A stretch of DNA of 64,000 bases from an uncultured Lachnospiraceae bacterium. Its GTDB lineage: Bacteria > Bacillota > Clostridia > Lachnospirales > Lachnospiraceae. Numbering within the stretch: position 1 is the first letter of the stretch; every line of letters begins with the position of its first letter. Location of the stretch: the NCBI GenBank assembly GCA_934293575.1, contig CAKQYU010000005.1:46147-110146 (forward strand). Direction: 5' to 3'. This document shows positions 17,295 to 25,578 of the stretch, piece after piece. The position numbers and the translations under genes are program-made. Below the pieces are notes generated by a model, which was not told the origin of the DNA, made no database searches, and was given only the letters and a program-made list of their open reading frames with translations.

Positions 17295-18777
17295 AGCAAA
17301 GGATTATATTAAACATTCTATACAGGTATACTTAAAAAAGGATGAATTCGGAGATTATAAGATACCGGTTGTGAGACAGCGTCCGATTTTTCTGCTGGGA
17401 GCACCCGGAATCGGTAAAACCGCAATTATGGAACAGATTGCACAGGAAATGGGAATTGCATTGGTTTCGTATTCTATGACGCATCATACAAGACAGTCTG
17501 CGCTTGGTCTGCCGTTTATTAAGCAGAAGGAGTATGGGGGAAAGATATATGATGTATCGGAATATACCATGAGTGAAATTATTGCATCTATATATGAAAC
17601 GATGGAGCAAAGCGGCGTTAAGGAAGGCGTATTATTCTTAGATGAGATTAACTGTGTTTCGGAAACGTTAGCACCATCGATGCTTCAATTTCTGCAATAC
17701 AAAGTGTTTGGCAAGCATAAAGTGCCGGAAGGGTGGGTAATTGTGACTGCCGGAAACCCACCGGAATACAACAAATCGGTTCGGGAATTTGATGTGGTTA
17801 CAATGGATCGTCTTAAGGTATTATCGGTTGAAGCAGATTATAAAACATGGAAAATATATGCACAGGAAAAGGGAATACACGGAGCAATCCTGAATTTTCT
17901 GGAGCTGAAAAGAGATTATTTTTATCATATGGAGACAACCGGAGCGGGACGTTCTTATGTAACGGCAAGAGGATGGGAGGACTTATCACAGGTCATTCTT
18001 TTGTATGAGGAGGATGGACTGAAGGTTGATGAGACATTATTTTCCCAGTATCTGCAAAATGAAAAGATAGTAAAAGAATTTGCGGCTTATTATGATTTAT
18101 ACAATAAATATAAGCAGGATTATCAGGTCGAAGAGTTATTAAACGGTCATATAAAAGAGGAAGCGGTTATAAAAGCGCAGAAAGCATCTTTTGATGAGCG
18201 GTTATCTTTGCTTGGGCTGTTACTTGATAAGATGCAGCTGGAAATGAAGGATGTAATGGAAATGTCAGCCTATCTGTCAGATTTGATGATACCGTTGAAG
18301 GCAATAAAGGGAGCAGATTCCGTATATGAAATGCTTCCGGTGCAGGAAGAGGCAAGAGAAACATATCTTAAAAATCTGGAAAGCGCAAATTCGTTATCAA
18401 CAGAGGAGCGCAGAAAACAAAAGCGGATTCAGGCTTTTTTGAAAACGGTCAGAAAGGAAATAACAGAACAAAATATTGCAGATGGGCAGGAAGCATTTTC
18501 CTATATAAAAGAAAAATTTGACAATCAGGTTGCTGATATGAAAAAGAAGGTTGAAACGACAGGCAGGCGTCTGCATGCAATGTTTGAATTTGCGGCAAAG
18601 GCATTTCAGGAGGGGAATGAAATGCTGGTGTTGGTAACGGAACTTACCGTAAATAAATACAGTTCCCGCTATATCAGTATGTACGGATGTGAGGATTATC
18701 AGAAGTATAACCGTTTGTTGATGGTTTCTGACAGAAAAGAAAACCTGAAGGAAGAGATTAAAGATTTGATTTTGTAG
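17281..18777 (+). CDS. MoxR-like AAA+ ATPase
   Basis: Walker A LLGAPGIGKTA, Walker B VLFLDEIN, sensor region VIVTAGNPPEY. Start overlaps the upstream stop (ATGA). Confidence 0.7.
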   Translation: MNINEAKDYIKHSIQVYLKKDEFGDYKIPVVRQRPIFLLGAPGIGKTAIMEQIAQEMGIALVSYSMTHHTRQSALGLPFIKQKEYGGKIYDVSEYTMSEIIASIYETMEQSGVKEGVLFLDEINCVSETLAPSMLQFLQYKVFGKHKVPEGWVIVTAGNPPEYNKSVREFDVVTMDRLKVLSVEADYKTWKIYAQEKGIHGAILNFLELKRDYFYHMETTGAGRSYVTARGWEDLSQVILLYEEDGLKVDETLFSQYLQNEKIVKEFAAYYDLYNKYKQDYQVEELLNGHIKEEAVIKAQKASFDERLSLLGLLLDKMQLEMKDVMEMSAYLSDLMIPLKAIKGADSVYEMLPVQEEARETYLKNLESANSLSTEERRKQKRIQAFLKTVRKEITEQNIADGQEAFSYIKEKFDNQVADMKKKVETTGRRLHAMFEFAAKAFQEGNEMLVLVTELTVNKYSSRYISMYGCEDYQKYNRLLMVSDRKENLKEEIKDLIL

Positions 18778-18806
18778 TTTGAAATAAGATTAAAGAGAGG
18801 TCAAAG

Positions 18807-19703
18807 ATGACATCATTTGAAATAGAAGCAGGCGATTATAAACTGACATATAAAATAGGAGAAAACGGCGCAGTTGTTACAGATATAAGAGGAAATGGAA
18901 GTGTGCTGGACATTCCGAAAGAAATTATCTGCAAAGACAAGCCATATTTTATATGTGAAATTGCAAAAAAGGCGGCACTTGCCTGTAAAACATTAAGAGA
19001 TGTAAGGATTCCGGAAACGGTCACGAAAATTGGAGATTGGGCATTTGCGCAATGCGGGCAGCTGGAATGTGTCAGTATTCCTGCCGACATTTTGCTTGGA
19101 GTCGGAGTATTTGAAGGTTGTCAGCATTTGTACCGGATACGGATACAGGGGAAGGATGAGGATACTTTGCCAAGATTGCTTGCCTGCTGTGTTACAGAAT
19201 TTCAAGCGGAAGATTTGATTGGTGACAATGGAGCGGGACAGGATGACTGGTATGAAAAATGGGATCAGAGATTACTTTCTTTTTTGCAGGAGGCCGATGA
19301 GGAAGGCTATCAGACGATGGTTTTGTGCGGAGAGGAGGATATACGAAAGGATATTCCGCAATATGTCATGGAACGTAAGATGGATAAATGTGACCTGTGT
19401 ATGACAAGACTTTTTCATAAGAAGGGTTTGTCAGAGGATATGGAAAATCGGATTACGGAATATATTTTACGGCATATAAAAGGATGTGAACAGGAAGCCG
19501 CATGGGAACTTATGAAAGGGAGATATGGCAATCATTTGGAATACTATGAATTGTTGGCGGATATCGGTGGTATTACAAAGGATAATATTGAAGCCATGAT
19601 AGAAGATCTGGATGAAAAACATGCGGAGGCAAAGGCATATTTAATTCAGTACAAGCAGGGACATTTTGGGGTAGAGGATGTTTTTGCGGGATTTGAGTTG
19701 TAA
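18807..19703 (+). CDS. Hypothetical protein, paralog of the 15160 ORF (shared LRR-like motif)
   Basis: IPETVTKIGDWAFAQCGQLECVSIP parallels LPESILMLEDWCFAHCKNLQTVWMP. Confidence 0.45.
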   Translation: MTSFEIEAGDYKLTYKIGENGAVVTDIRGNGSVLDIPKEIICKDKPYFICEIAKKAALACKTLRDVRIPETVTKIGDWAFAQCGQLECVSIPADILLGVGVFEGCQHLYRIRIQGKDEDTLPRLLACCVTEFQAEDLIGDNGAGQDDWYEKWDQRLLSFLQEADEEGYQTMVLCGEEDIRKDIPQYVMERKMDKCDLCMTRLFHKKGLSEDMENRITEYILRHIKGCEQEAAWELMKGRYGNHLEYYELLADIGGITKDNIEAMIEDLDEKHAEAKAYLIQYKQGHFGVEDVFAGFEL

Positions 19704-19862
19704 GACAGACAAAATTTGAAAAATTTTTTTGTTTGCTATAAAATATTAGTGACAGATGGTCGAAATATCTGTTAGAAATATTTTAAAATGTTTTGTAACT
19801 ATTTATTAATGTCATTCTGATTGCAAGAGAATGACGGGAATCACACACGGAGGTGAATGATT

Positions 19863-20312
19863 ATGGGAATCGAAGCAATTCAAACAGCAGTAGTACCAAA
19901 ACAACAGATGGTGCAGAAAGTAGAACCGGTTACAACGGATGGTAACTACGATTCGACAAGTATTAAGGTAACGCCTATGGAAACCACACCTGTTCAGGCA
20001 AGACAGGATAATTATGATTCAGATGCACAACAGGGTTCGTCCTATCAACAGGGAAAAAAGGATGAAGGAAAGAACATTCAGGATGTAAATCCTGAAAAGG
20101 TAAAAAGTGCAATCGCAGATATTAATAAGAAAATTGCACCGACTCGTACACAATGTGAATTTAAGTATCATGAAAAAACACATCGTATATCTATTACAGT
20201 AAGAGATAAGGATACCGATAAGGTGATTAAAGAAATTCCGCCGGAGAAAACTCTGGATATGATAGCAAAATCCTTAGAACTGGCGGGAATCTTAGTGGAT
20301 GAAAAACGTTAG
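19863..20312 (+). CDS. flaG: Flagellar protein FlaG
   Basis: FlaG-like C-terminus (EFKYHEKTHRISITVRDKDTDKVIKEIPPEKTLDMIAKSLEL); located upstream of fliD-fliS. Start chosen 7 nt after ggaggtg. Confidence 0.7.
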   Translation: MGIEAIQTAVVPKQQMVQKVEPVTTDGNYDSTSIKVTPMETTPVQARQDNYDSDAQQGSSYQQGKKDEGKNIQDVNPEKVKSAIADINKKIAPTRTQCEFKYHEKTHRISITVRDKDTDKVIKEIPPEKTLDMIAKSLELAGILVDEKR

Positions 20313-20323
20313 GAGGGAAAGAT

Positions 20324-22240
20324 ATGGCAGGAGTCAGAATGACAGGACTTGCTTCCGGGCTTGATACGGAAAGTCTGGTAGGTGAATTATCGAAAGCATA
20401 TCAGACGAAAGTGGATAATGCCAAAAAGGCTCAGACAAAGGCAGAGTGGAAAAAGGAAGCATGGTCTTCTTTGAATACAAAATTATTAAATTTCTACAAA
20501 GGCGCTCTTTCCACCTTTAAAAGTACCAGTACTTATAACACAAAGTCTGTTAAAGGTAATTTAACAGGTATGAAGATTACAGCCAATGCAAAAGCAGTCA
20601 GCGGTAATCATACGGTGAAGGTTAACAGTACGGCAAGTGCCCAGATGTGGACCGGGTATCGTATCGGAGGTAAAGGAAAGACCGTTGACGCAACGACTTA
20701 CGAAGCAGCCACAGAGGGAAGTAAGAAGATATCAGATCTTAAGAATGCACAGGGCTACAGTATCCAGAATGCATTAAACGGTTCCTGCTTTAAGGTAAGT
20801 GCCAATGGTGCAGATACAGAGGTTAAGATTCACATTGATGAGAATACAACCGTCGACGATATGGTTGCGGATATCAACAATCAGTTATCAGGAACCGGAT
20901 TGACAGCCAGCTTTGAGAAAGGGGCGCTTAAGTTTGCCAATACTTCTGTTGGTGCAGACGGTAATGCCGGTTATGATATTTCTATTGAGGCATTAAATGA
21001 AACAAGTGCTACAGCTTTGGGAATATCGAAGGATGCAACGACCATCAAACCATTAGGAGAAGGCAATACAGAGAATACATATAAGGCAGGTACTTTTGCT
21101 TATGCGGAGAAGAAAACACCGGATTCTGCCGTAACCGGCTCTACAAAGCTTACGGATCTTGGCATTGCAGAGAATACGGTAATTAAGGTAAATGGCACCG
21201 AAATTAATGTTGACCGGAATATGACCTTATCAGGACTTGCAACCGCGATGGGTAATACCGGTATGAATGCAAGCTATGATGCAGTTCAGGGAAGATTTTA
21301 TCTAAGTGCAAAGAATACAGGAACAGAGAATGCATTTACGGTAGAAGCAGATGACGATACATTAGATAAGTTAGGGTTAAAATTTGCTGATGATTATAAA
21401 GGAAAAATTGATGCAAGAGATGCATCCATTACTTATAACGGTGTAGAGTATACCCAGGCAACCAACACCTTTAACATTAATGGTCTTACTATCGAAGCAA
21501 GCGGTACTGGTGAGGAGCAGACCTTTACGGTAGATAACGATATAGATGGTATTTATGATAAGGTAAAGAGCTTCGTAAAAGAGTACAATGAACTGATTAC
21601 AGAGATGAATAAACTCTATAATGCGGACAGTACCAGAGGATATGAGCCATTGACCTCTGATGAGAAGGAGGCCATGAATGATGAGGATATTAAGAACTGG
21701 GAAGATAAGATAAAAGGTTCTTTACTTCGTAGAGACAGTACCATCAGCTCACTGCTTACCAATATGCGTACCATATTTAATAAAGCAGTCGATGTAACGA
21801 ATCCGGATGGAACAACTTCAAAATATTCATTGGCATCCTTTGGAATTGTAACCAGTAATTATACAGAGAAGGGACAGTTACATATTCAGGGTGACTCGGG
21901 GGATTCCGACTTTATGGATAAGGATGACAAATTAAAAGCAGCTCTTGCTGCGAATTCGGATGCTGTAACCAAGACTTTAACTTCTCTTGGTACCGAGGTT
22001 TATAATCATCTTTTCAAAGCAATGAAAAAGACGGAGACCAGCAGTGCCATGACGTTCTATAATGATGTTACTTTAGATAAAGATATCAAGCAGAAAAAGG
22101 AAGATGTAACATCCATTCAGGAAAAGCTTGCAGCAGAAGAGGACAAATACTACAAACAGTTTTCGTCAATGGAGACTGCATTATCAAAGCTACAGTCCCA
22201 GCAGACATACATAGCACAGTTGTTTAGTGGAATGTCATAA
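20324..22240 (+). CDS. fliD: Flagellar filament cap protein FliD (hook-associated protein 2)
   Basis: N-terminus GLASGLDTESLVGELSKAYQTKVDN...W....L.TKL; C-terminal coiled coil; Thr/Asn-rich middle. Confidence 0.85.
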   Translation: MAGVRMTGLASGLDTESLVGELSKAYQTKVDNAKKAQTKAEWKKEAWSSLNTKLLNFYKGALSTFKSTSTYNTKSVKGNLTGMKITANAKAVSGNHTVKVNSTASAQMWTGYRIGGKGKTVDATTYEAATEGSKKISDLKNAQGYSIQNALNGSCFKVSANGADTEVKIHIDENTTVDDMVADINNQLSGTGLTASFEKGALKFANTSVGADGNAGYDISIEALNETSATALGISKDATTIKPLGEGNTENTYKAGTFAYAEKKTPDSAVTGSTKLTDLGIAENTVIKVNGTEINVDRNMTLSGLATAMGNTGMNASYDAVQGRFYLSAKNTGTENAFTVEADDDTLDKLGLKFADDYKGKIDARDASITYNGVEYTQATNTFNINGLTIEASGTGEEQTFTVDNDIDGIYDKVKSFVKEYNELITEMNKLYNADSTRGYEPLTSDEKEAMNDEDIKNWEDKIKGSLLRRDSTISSLLTNMRTIFNKAVDVTNPDGTTSKYSLASFGIVTSNYTEKGQLHIQGDSGDSDFMDKDDKLKAALAANSDAVTKTLTSLGTEVYNHLFKAMKKTETSSAMTFYNDVTLDKDIKQKKEDVTSIQEKLAAEEDKYYKQFSSMETALSKLQSQQTYIAQLFSGMS

Positions 22241-22249
22241 TAAAAAACA

Positions 22250-22282
22250 AACACCGGAGGGATCAAAACTCCGGTGTTATTA
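22250..22282 (+). terminator. Hairpin between fliD and fliS (partial terminator or attenuator)
   Basis: CACCGGAG-ggatcaaaa-CTCCGGTG followed by ttatt. Confidence 0.35.
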
Positions 22283-22299
22283 CTCAAAGGAGATAGGAT

Positions 22300-22674
22300 A
22301 TGGCACAGGGAAATCCATATGCAAAATATACAAATAACAGAGTTTTGACAGCATCATCGGCAGAATTAACGTTGATGCTCTATGAGGGGGCTATTAAGTT
22401 CTGCAATCTTGCAAAGATTGATTTGGAAAAAAATGAATATGGAGATGCGATGCACCATGTACAGCGGGCAAGAGCGATTATTGCGGAATTACAGTCAACA
22501 CTTGATTTTAAATATCCGGTTGCAAAGGATTTTGATATTATATACACCTATGTATTACAGCTCATGAAGGATTGTAATAAGAATCATGATATGGAAACAT
22601 TAGAAGAGATATTGGTTCAGTTGAGAGAACTTAGAGATACATGGAAGCAGGTTATGAAAACAGGAAGACAGTAG
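22300..22674 (+). CDS. fliS: Flagellin-specific chaperone FliS
   Basis: YTNNRVLTASSAELTLMLYEGAIKF... Confidence 0.85.
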   Translation: MAQGNPYAKYTNNRVLTASSAELTLMLYEGAIKFCNLAKIDLEKNEYGDAMHHVQRARAIIAELQSTLDFKYPVAKDFDIIYTYVLQLMKDCNKNHDMETLEEILVQLRELRDTWKQVMKTGRQ

Positions 22675-22690
22675 TCTGAGAGGAAAGAAA

Positions 22691-23170
22691 ATGGAAAAAA
22701 AAGAAAAAGACAGTTATGTTGGAATGTTGTTACAAACCTTGCAAAAGCAGGAGGAGACACTTCGGGAGGTCTTAGCTGTTACCAAGGATCAGTGTAAGCT
22801 TGCAGATTCTGGCAGCTTTGATGAGGATTGCTTTCAGGATACTTTGAACCAGAAGGAAATCCTGATTTCCCGGTTGAATAGTCTGGATGATGGATTTGCT
22901 TCCGTATACGGAAGAGTCCGTAATGTAATTTTGCAGGAAAAGAACAATTACCGGGATGAGATAAGGAGGATGCAGGAGCTTATTAAGAGCTGTACGGATT
23001 TGGGGGTAGAGATTAAGGTATTGGAAGAACGTAACCGGGATAAGCTGGCAAAGTGTTTTTCCCAAAAACATAAAATGTATGGTGCACGCCTTACAGCCGC
23101 AACGGTAGCTTCCAAATATCATCAGACTATGAACTCCGGACAGATTGGTGGCTCTAATTACAAATTATAA
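22691..23170 (+). CDS. Hypothetical flagellar-operon protein (FliT/FlgN-like position)
   Basis: Helical 159-aa ORF immediately after fliS with a good RBS; no definite motif. Confidence 0.4.
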   Translation: MEKKEKDSYVGMLLQTLQKQEETLREVLAVTKDQCKLADSGSFDEDCFQDTLNQKEILISRLNSLDDGFASVYGRVRNVILQEKNNYRDEIRRMQELIKSCTDLGVEIKVLEERNRDKLAKCFSQKHKMYGARLTAATVASKYHQTMNSGQIGGSNYKL

Positions 23171-23270
23171 GCAATGATATACGACATATAGAGAAAAGAA
23201 GCTTGTCTTTTCTATATATGGTTACGGACGAGAAATGGTAAGAATTTTTTTAGAAATTTACAAAAAACTA

Positions 23271-23298
23271 TAAAGTATTATCGGGATATACCGATATA
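23271..23298 (+). promoter_or_regulatory. SigD (sigma-28)-type promoter of flagellin gene 1
   Basis: TAAA-N16-CCGATAT, matching the flagellar sigma-factor consensus. Confidence 0.6.
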
Positions 23299-23402
23299 TA
23301 TGGTGTAAGGATAATACAACCTTATTACAATTACATAACTTGTGATAATAGCTCGTAAGAGATATTATAAAACTATCAACGGTGGCGAAGCCACTAGTAC
23401 AT

Positions 23403-23434
23403 GTTGCAAGGATGCAACATTATATTCAAGGAGG
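23403..23434 (+). promoter_or_regulatory. Putative CsrA-binding sites in the flagellin-1 leader (hairpin with GGA loop, plus a site overlapping the SD)
   Basis: Perfect hairpin gttgca-AGGA-tgcaac, then caAGGAGGa overlapping the RBS. This is the same layout as the B. subtilis hag BS1/BS2 sites. Confidence 0.45.
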
Positions 23435-23441
23435 AATTATT

Positions 23442-24308
23442 ATGGTAGTACAACACAACATGCAGGCAGCAAATGCAAACAGAATGCTGGGAATGAACGT
23501 TAAGGCAGTAGCTAAGTCTACAGAGAAGTTATCTTCAGGATACAAAGTAAACCGTGCAGCAGATGATGCAGCAGGACTTTCTATTTCTGAGAAGATGAGA
23601 AACCAGATCCGTGGTATCAATCAGGCAGTTTCAAACTCTGAGGACGGTCAGTATTTAATCCAGACAGCTGAAGGAAACTTGAATGAGATTCATTCTATCT
23701 TACAGCGTATGGGTGAGCTTGCTACAAAGGGTGCCAACGAAGTTAATGCAACTGATGACCGTAAGGCTATCGCTGATGAGTTACATCAGTTAGCCTGTGA
23801 GATTGATAGTATCTCAGCTAAGGCTCAGTTCAACGGTAAGTACTTATTAAGCGAGGATAAAAATCCGGATCTTGCAAAAGGATTAGACTTACAGGTTGGT
23901 GCTAATTCAGGAGAGACTATGAACATTAAGTTGCAGAAAATCAACACAGAAGCACTTAAGGTAGATGATCTTAAGGATGATGTAACAGCTGGTGCAGATT
24001 ATGCAAATGGTACATCAACAGGAACAGATAAGTACAGAGATTTGATGACAACTGTAACATCAGCAGTTAAGACTGTATCTGATACTCGTTCACAGCTTGG
24101 TGCTATCCAGAACCGTTTGGATTACACAATCAACAACTTAGAGAACTATTCGGAGAACTTAACATCATCTGAGTCAAATATCCGTGATACAGATATGGCT
24201 AAAGAGATGGTTAACTACTCTAAGAATAACATTCTTCAGCAGGCTGCACAGTCTATGCTTGCACAAGCTAACCAGTCTAACCAGGGCGTATTATCATTAC
24301 TTCAGTAA
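23442..24308 (+). CDS. fliC: Flagellin (short type, 288 aa)
   Basis: MVVQHNMQAANANRML...LSSGYKVNRAADDAAGL N-terminus and QAAQSMLAQANQ...VLSLLQ C-terminus. The ORF-track start at 23382 is an upstream in-frame extension; the RBS aaggagg supports 23442. Confidence 0.9.
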   Translation: MVVQHNMQAANANRMLGMNVKAVAKSTEKLSSGYKVNRAADDAAGLSISEKMRNQIRGINQAVSNSEDGQYLIQTAEGNLNEIHSILQRMGELATKGANEVNATDDRKAIADELHQLACEIDSISAKAQFNGKYLLSEDKNPDLAKGLDLQVGANSGETMNIKLQKINTEALKVDDLKDDVTAGADYANGTSTGTDKYRDLMTTVTSAVKTVSDTRSQLGAIQNRLDYTINNLENYSENLTSSESNIRDTDMAKEMVNYSKNNILQQAAQSMLAQANQSNQGVLSLLQ

Positions 24309-24336
24309 TCTAGTTACTAGATTCGGAAGACAATCA

Positions 24337-24366
24337 GAACCAATCCGTAAGGGTTGGTTCTTTTTG
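24337..24366 (+). terminator. Rho-independent terminator after flagellin 1
   Basis: GAACCAA-N10-TTGGTTC followed by tttttgt. Confidence 0.6.
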
Positions 24367-24394
24367 TATTTATAAAAAAATTTTAAATTAACTA

Positions 24395-24421
24395 TAAAGT
24401 ATTTAAAAATTCCTCCGATAT
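24395..24421 (+). promoter_or_regulatory. SigD-type promoter of flagellin gene 2
   Basis: TAAA-N16-CCGATAT. Confidence 0.6.
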
Positions 24422-24495
24422 ATGTAGTGTAAGGAACAACAAAAGGATTTGAGTTTCCTGATGGAAAATAATAAGATAAAGAAGAATGGATTCAA

Positions 24496-24527
24496 ATCAA
24501 AAGGATTTGATATCTCAAGGAGGAATT
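24496..24527 (+). promoter_or_regulatory. Putative CsrA-binding hairpin plus a site overlapping the SD in the flagellin-2 leader
   Basis: atcaaa-AGGA-tttgat hairpin, then caAGGAGGa. Confidence 0.4.
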
Positions 24528-24531
24528 TATT

Positions 24532-25398
24532 ATGGTAGTACAGCACAATATGCAGGCAGCAAATGCAAACAGAATGTTAGGTCAGAATGTAAAGGCAGTA
24601 GCTAAGAACACAGAGAAGTTATCTTCAGGTTATAAAGTAAACCGTGCAGCAGACGATGCAGCAGGACTTTCTATTTCTGAGAAGATGAGAAACCAGATCC
24701 GTGGTATCAATCAGGCAGTTTCAAACTCTGAGGATGGTCAGTATTTAATTCAGACAGCTGAAGGAAACCTGAATGAGATTCACTCTATCTTACAGCGTAT
24801 GGGTGAGCTTGCTACGAAGGGTGCCAATGAAGTTAATGCGACGGATGACCGTAAAGCGATTGCTGATGAGTTACATCAGTTAGCTTGTGAGATTGACAGT
24901 ATCTCAGCAAAGGCACAGTTCAATGGTAAATATTTGTTAAGTGAAGAAAAGAATCCAGATATTGATAATGGTATTGCATTACAGGTTGGTGCAAATGCTG
25001 GTGAATCAATGACAATTCAATTAAAGAAAATTAACACAGAATCACTTAAGGTAGATGATCTTAAGGATGATGTAGCAATTGGTACTGATTACGCAGATGG
25101 TACATCAACAGGAACAGATAAGTACAGAGATTTGATGACAACTGTAACATCAGCAGTTAAGACTGTATCTGATACTCGTTCACAGCTTGGTGCTATCCAG
25201 AACCGTTTGGATTACACAATCAACAACTTGGAGAACTATTCAGAGAACTTAACATCATCTGAATCAAATATCCGTGATACAGATATGGCAACAGAGATGG
25301 TTAACTACTCTAAGAATAATATCTTACAGCAGGCTGCACAGTCTATGCTTGCACAGGCAAATCAGTCAACTCAGGGCGTATTGAACTTATTACAGTAA
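24532..25398 (+). CDS. fliC: Flagellin (tandem paralog, 288 aa)
   Basis: Near-identical to the first copy except for the central ~60 residues. Confidence 0.9.
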   Translation: MVVQHNMQAANANRMLGQNVKAVAKNTEKLSSGYKVNRAADDAAGLSISEKMRNQIRGINQAVSNSEDGQYLIQTAEGNLNEIHSILQRMGELATKGANEVNATDDRKAIADELHQLACEIDSISAKAQFNGKYLLSEEKNPDIDNGIALQVGANAGESMTIQLKKINTESLKVDDLKDDVAIGTDYADGTSTGTDKYRDLMTTVTSAVKTVSDTRSQLGAIQNRLDYTINNLENYSENLTSSESNIRDTDMATEMVNYSKNNILQQAAQSMLAQANQSTQGVLNLLQ

Positions 25399-25408
25399 TT
25401 TATATAAT

Positions 25409-25438
25409 GGGGGGTATCCTATGGAAAGGATAGCCCCC
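25409..25438 (+). terminator. Hairpin after flagellin 2 (probable terminator)
   Basis: ggggggtatcct-atggaa-aggatagccccc (one mismatch) followed by an AT-rich tract. Confidence 0.35.
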
Positions 25439-25578
25439 TATGTATTATTTAATTCTATAGTTTCAGAATGAATTCTTGGAAGAAGATTTGGTATTATGAC
25501 ACGTTCAAGTATATTGGCGTGTTTTTTTATTCTTCCTGTTTTGTTATAATAAATTAAAATGGTTAAAGGAACACATAC

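Noticed and set aside
19740-19856. SigD-like promoter upstream of flaG (taaa...tcgaaata)
   Set aside because: The -10 element deviates at several consensus positions and the spacing is 17 nt. Too weak to call.
22382-22567. 61-aa ORF in an alternative frame inside fliS; 19030-19404 small ORFs inside the 18807 gene; 27314-27544 and 28000-28438 ORFs overlapping maf and neuA/neuC
   Set aside because: Embedded in or overlapping confidently called genes, with no RBS or motif.
23382-23441. Upstream in-frame extension of flagellin 1 (ORF-track start at 23382)
   Set aside because: The extension overlaps the CsrA hairpin and SD. The second copy, with an identical N-terminus, starts at the ATG preceded by aaggagg.
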